Part shown: positions 61,819 to 64,000 of the stretch, piece by piece
Layout: each line of letters opens with the position of its first letter
Position numbering within the stretch: the stretch's first letter is position 1
Source: Priapulus caudatus
Lineage: Eukaryota
DNA: 64,000 nt
NCBI RefSeq assembly: GCF_000485595.1
Contig: NW_014577071.1
Location: forward strand, 324,224 to 388,223
Direction of reading: 5' to 3'
Position numbers and translations under genes: made by a program
The notes under the pieces: model-generated
Told to the model about the DNA's origin: nothing
What the model saw: the letters and a program-made list of their open reading frames with translations, nothing else
Database searches by the model: none

Positions 61819-64000
61819 TAAATATATATATATAAATAACACAACACCCCACACGCACAATAACACAACAGGGTATTATATATATATACGGCAGACGCAT
61901 ATACCCGGCTGTACGCGTGCTACCTTACCTGTACAATGTCGGCTGTCATAACTCTAGGTCATGCCATCGAATGCTGGTGCTATTACGTCACTAATGAGAG
62001 AAATTCCCAGCGGTTAATGCCACTCGACGTTGCATGGTAGCTGGACTTCATTACGCTGCACGCATTGCCCCTAGGTGCGCCGAGGGTAGGGTGCGTATAG
62101 CACTATATGAGTATATGAGTCACTATATGCAGGTAGAATCTCTTGCGCAATCTTGGTGACGTTTGGAGGCTTCTAGTTTTCATTACTAGCTTTTCCCCCG
62201 GATACGCAGATTAACGAGAGTTCCGTGCGCACGATAGGAATCTTATATATTTCGAGTTCTAGCAGAGAATTTGGGAACCAGCGAAAAACGATGGAGTTCT
62301 GGCATTGTTTATGCAGTAACATGTCGTTCCGAGGTGGTCATCATTCTAGATACTATAACAAAACACAATCCGGTGGGAATATTTGGAATCGGGATACTCC
62401 ATAATCAGTCTACTTCTGTGTTGGCATCTACGTTTCAATGCTGCATAGGGGTGCCCTGGGTTTCCCATTCCATATATAGTTATACCCAATATTTATGCAT
62501 AAAATTGCGTCGGAGAGCAGCAAGGAAACCGGTGGTAACCAGGCTACGATCGTGCAACCTATTAAACAGCATATTAAAAGCGGGAATCGTTCTCGTACAT
62601 GAAAAATTCGTGTGAGGCGCAGCCACATGCAGACAACGCGAACAGCTACTTTGTTCTAGAGTCATACGTTCCTGGTTTACACCGACATATGCGTATAAAA
62701 TAAACTCGCAATGATTTCCATTTATTTATAATTTATACTATTTTTTGTTTTAAGTAGTCATTTTACGACATTTGCGACAACAATGCTATTCTGCAATGCC
62801 GTTTACACATGCAGTATATGATTAATAATCTAGTTGCTGGTATAATGGGGTATGATAACTAGGTGTGATATCAAGCATTCATTTTGAACGAGATACTAGT
62901 ACTAGTGACATTCTGTGATAGTGATTAAGGCGGTGGGTGTTGTTGGGATGTATATGTGTTGGCAAAAACAAAAATTCGAACTAATTGTATACGGGAGTAA
63001 TTCATTATGAGTAGTGACTAAAGTCAAAAGTCCTTATTAACATATAATGTACTTATGCTATGTTTAACTAGTATAACTAGCATAAATTAGAGTGTACCTA
63101 TACTATACTACTTTATGAATGAACTGCGCTCAGGGTATTATCTAGCATTTCTCTAAGTCGCCAACAGACGGCGCACTAATGGCGCATTCTCTTTGTGTAT
63201 GCTTCTTGTATTATCATAGAATCTTGTACGAGGATGCGGAGGGGTGGGGTAAGGTCTAGGATGAGGATGTGGCTGTGTAGAAGAAATGTCATAGAGAGTT
63301 TCAGGAGGTTATAAGAATCCTTTAAAGCAACTATGCCTTCTTGTTGACTGAATTATCTGCAGCTCTTGCCATAATAACACGTGTTCGACTTTAAAATCTT
63401 GATTTTAGCTCGGATCATTAGATAAAAATAATAGAAATTGTTATTAAATTACAATATAAACAATGCCTTTTGTATTTGGGCACACAATATGCCGTTGAAC
63501 GTTGGCCGTTTGCTACATTAACCCTATGTAAACCAGTGTTGCGTAATAAATAGCCCCATTCAGGCGAGTTGTCATCGGCATATGACAGGGTTTTCGAATT
63601 GATATACCCGAGTGGACATGTGTGGCTATCATAATATAATACGTTTTCCGAACCCCGATGAAGAGAGTTATTACACCTATATTATTGACGTTAAATAAAT
63701 CGTTCACAGTGTCACCTCATCGCGTTAATTGAGGCCGGCGTACATTACTCGCAATGCGCGTACATCAAATTTATAGCAGGTGCCAGGTAATAAATTGGAT
63801 GTCTCTAATAGATATTAACTTTCTGGTAATTTCGAGGAAAACTGCGCGGGTGTCTATTTGTCACAACGCATAGCATGGTTTATATATGCCAAGTGTGTAT
63901 ATAGTAAAAAGAAAGAAAAACAAGATCAAAGTCTTTTTTATATTCATACGAGTTTTTCTTCGGTTCTGAAGGATTGCTAAAAAACGAAATGCGTATGGTG

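Overview
Intron-rich invertebrate animal DNA (not prokaryotic), with N-gaps and indel-rich, long-read-like gap fills. Three protein-coding genes can be rebuilt by hand from splice sites and reading phase: (1) an Ets1/Ets2/pointed-P2-type transcription factor on + (about 17.3-26.2 kb; PLTP MAPK site, PNT/SAM domain, 24-Gln tract, ETS domain; candidate 5' exon near 7 kb); (2) ARMC3 on + (31.0-46.1 kb; ARM repeats plus EDR1-like C-terminus; one GC-AG intron; RFX X-boxes upstream; 3' half duplicated and scrambled, probably by the assembly); (3) the 3' part of a TRPN1/nompC mechanosensory channel on - (59.6 to 49.6 kb), convergent on ARMC3. The best leads are a family of 24-73 bp palindromic micro-insertions with CANRG...CYNTG ends and exact 7-8 bp RT..AT target-site duplications, two paralogous alternative last exons of nompC, a candidate internal nompC first exon, and inverted-repeat elements with (TTAGGG)n cores. 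Most of 1-16 kb is duplicated, permuted or microsatellite-rich, and most listed ORFs are simple-repeat artefacts. All homology calls are from recognition of the translated sequence; no search was run.
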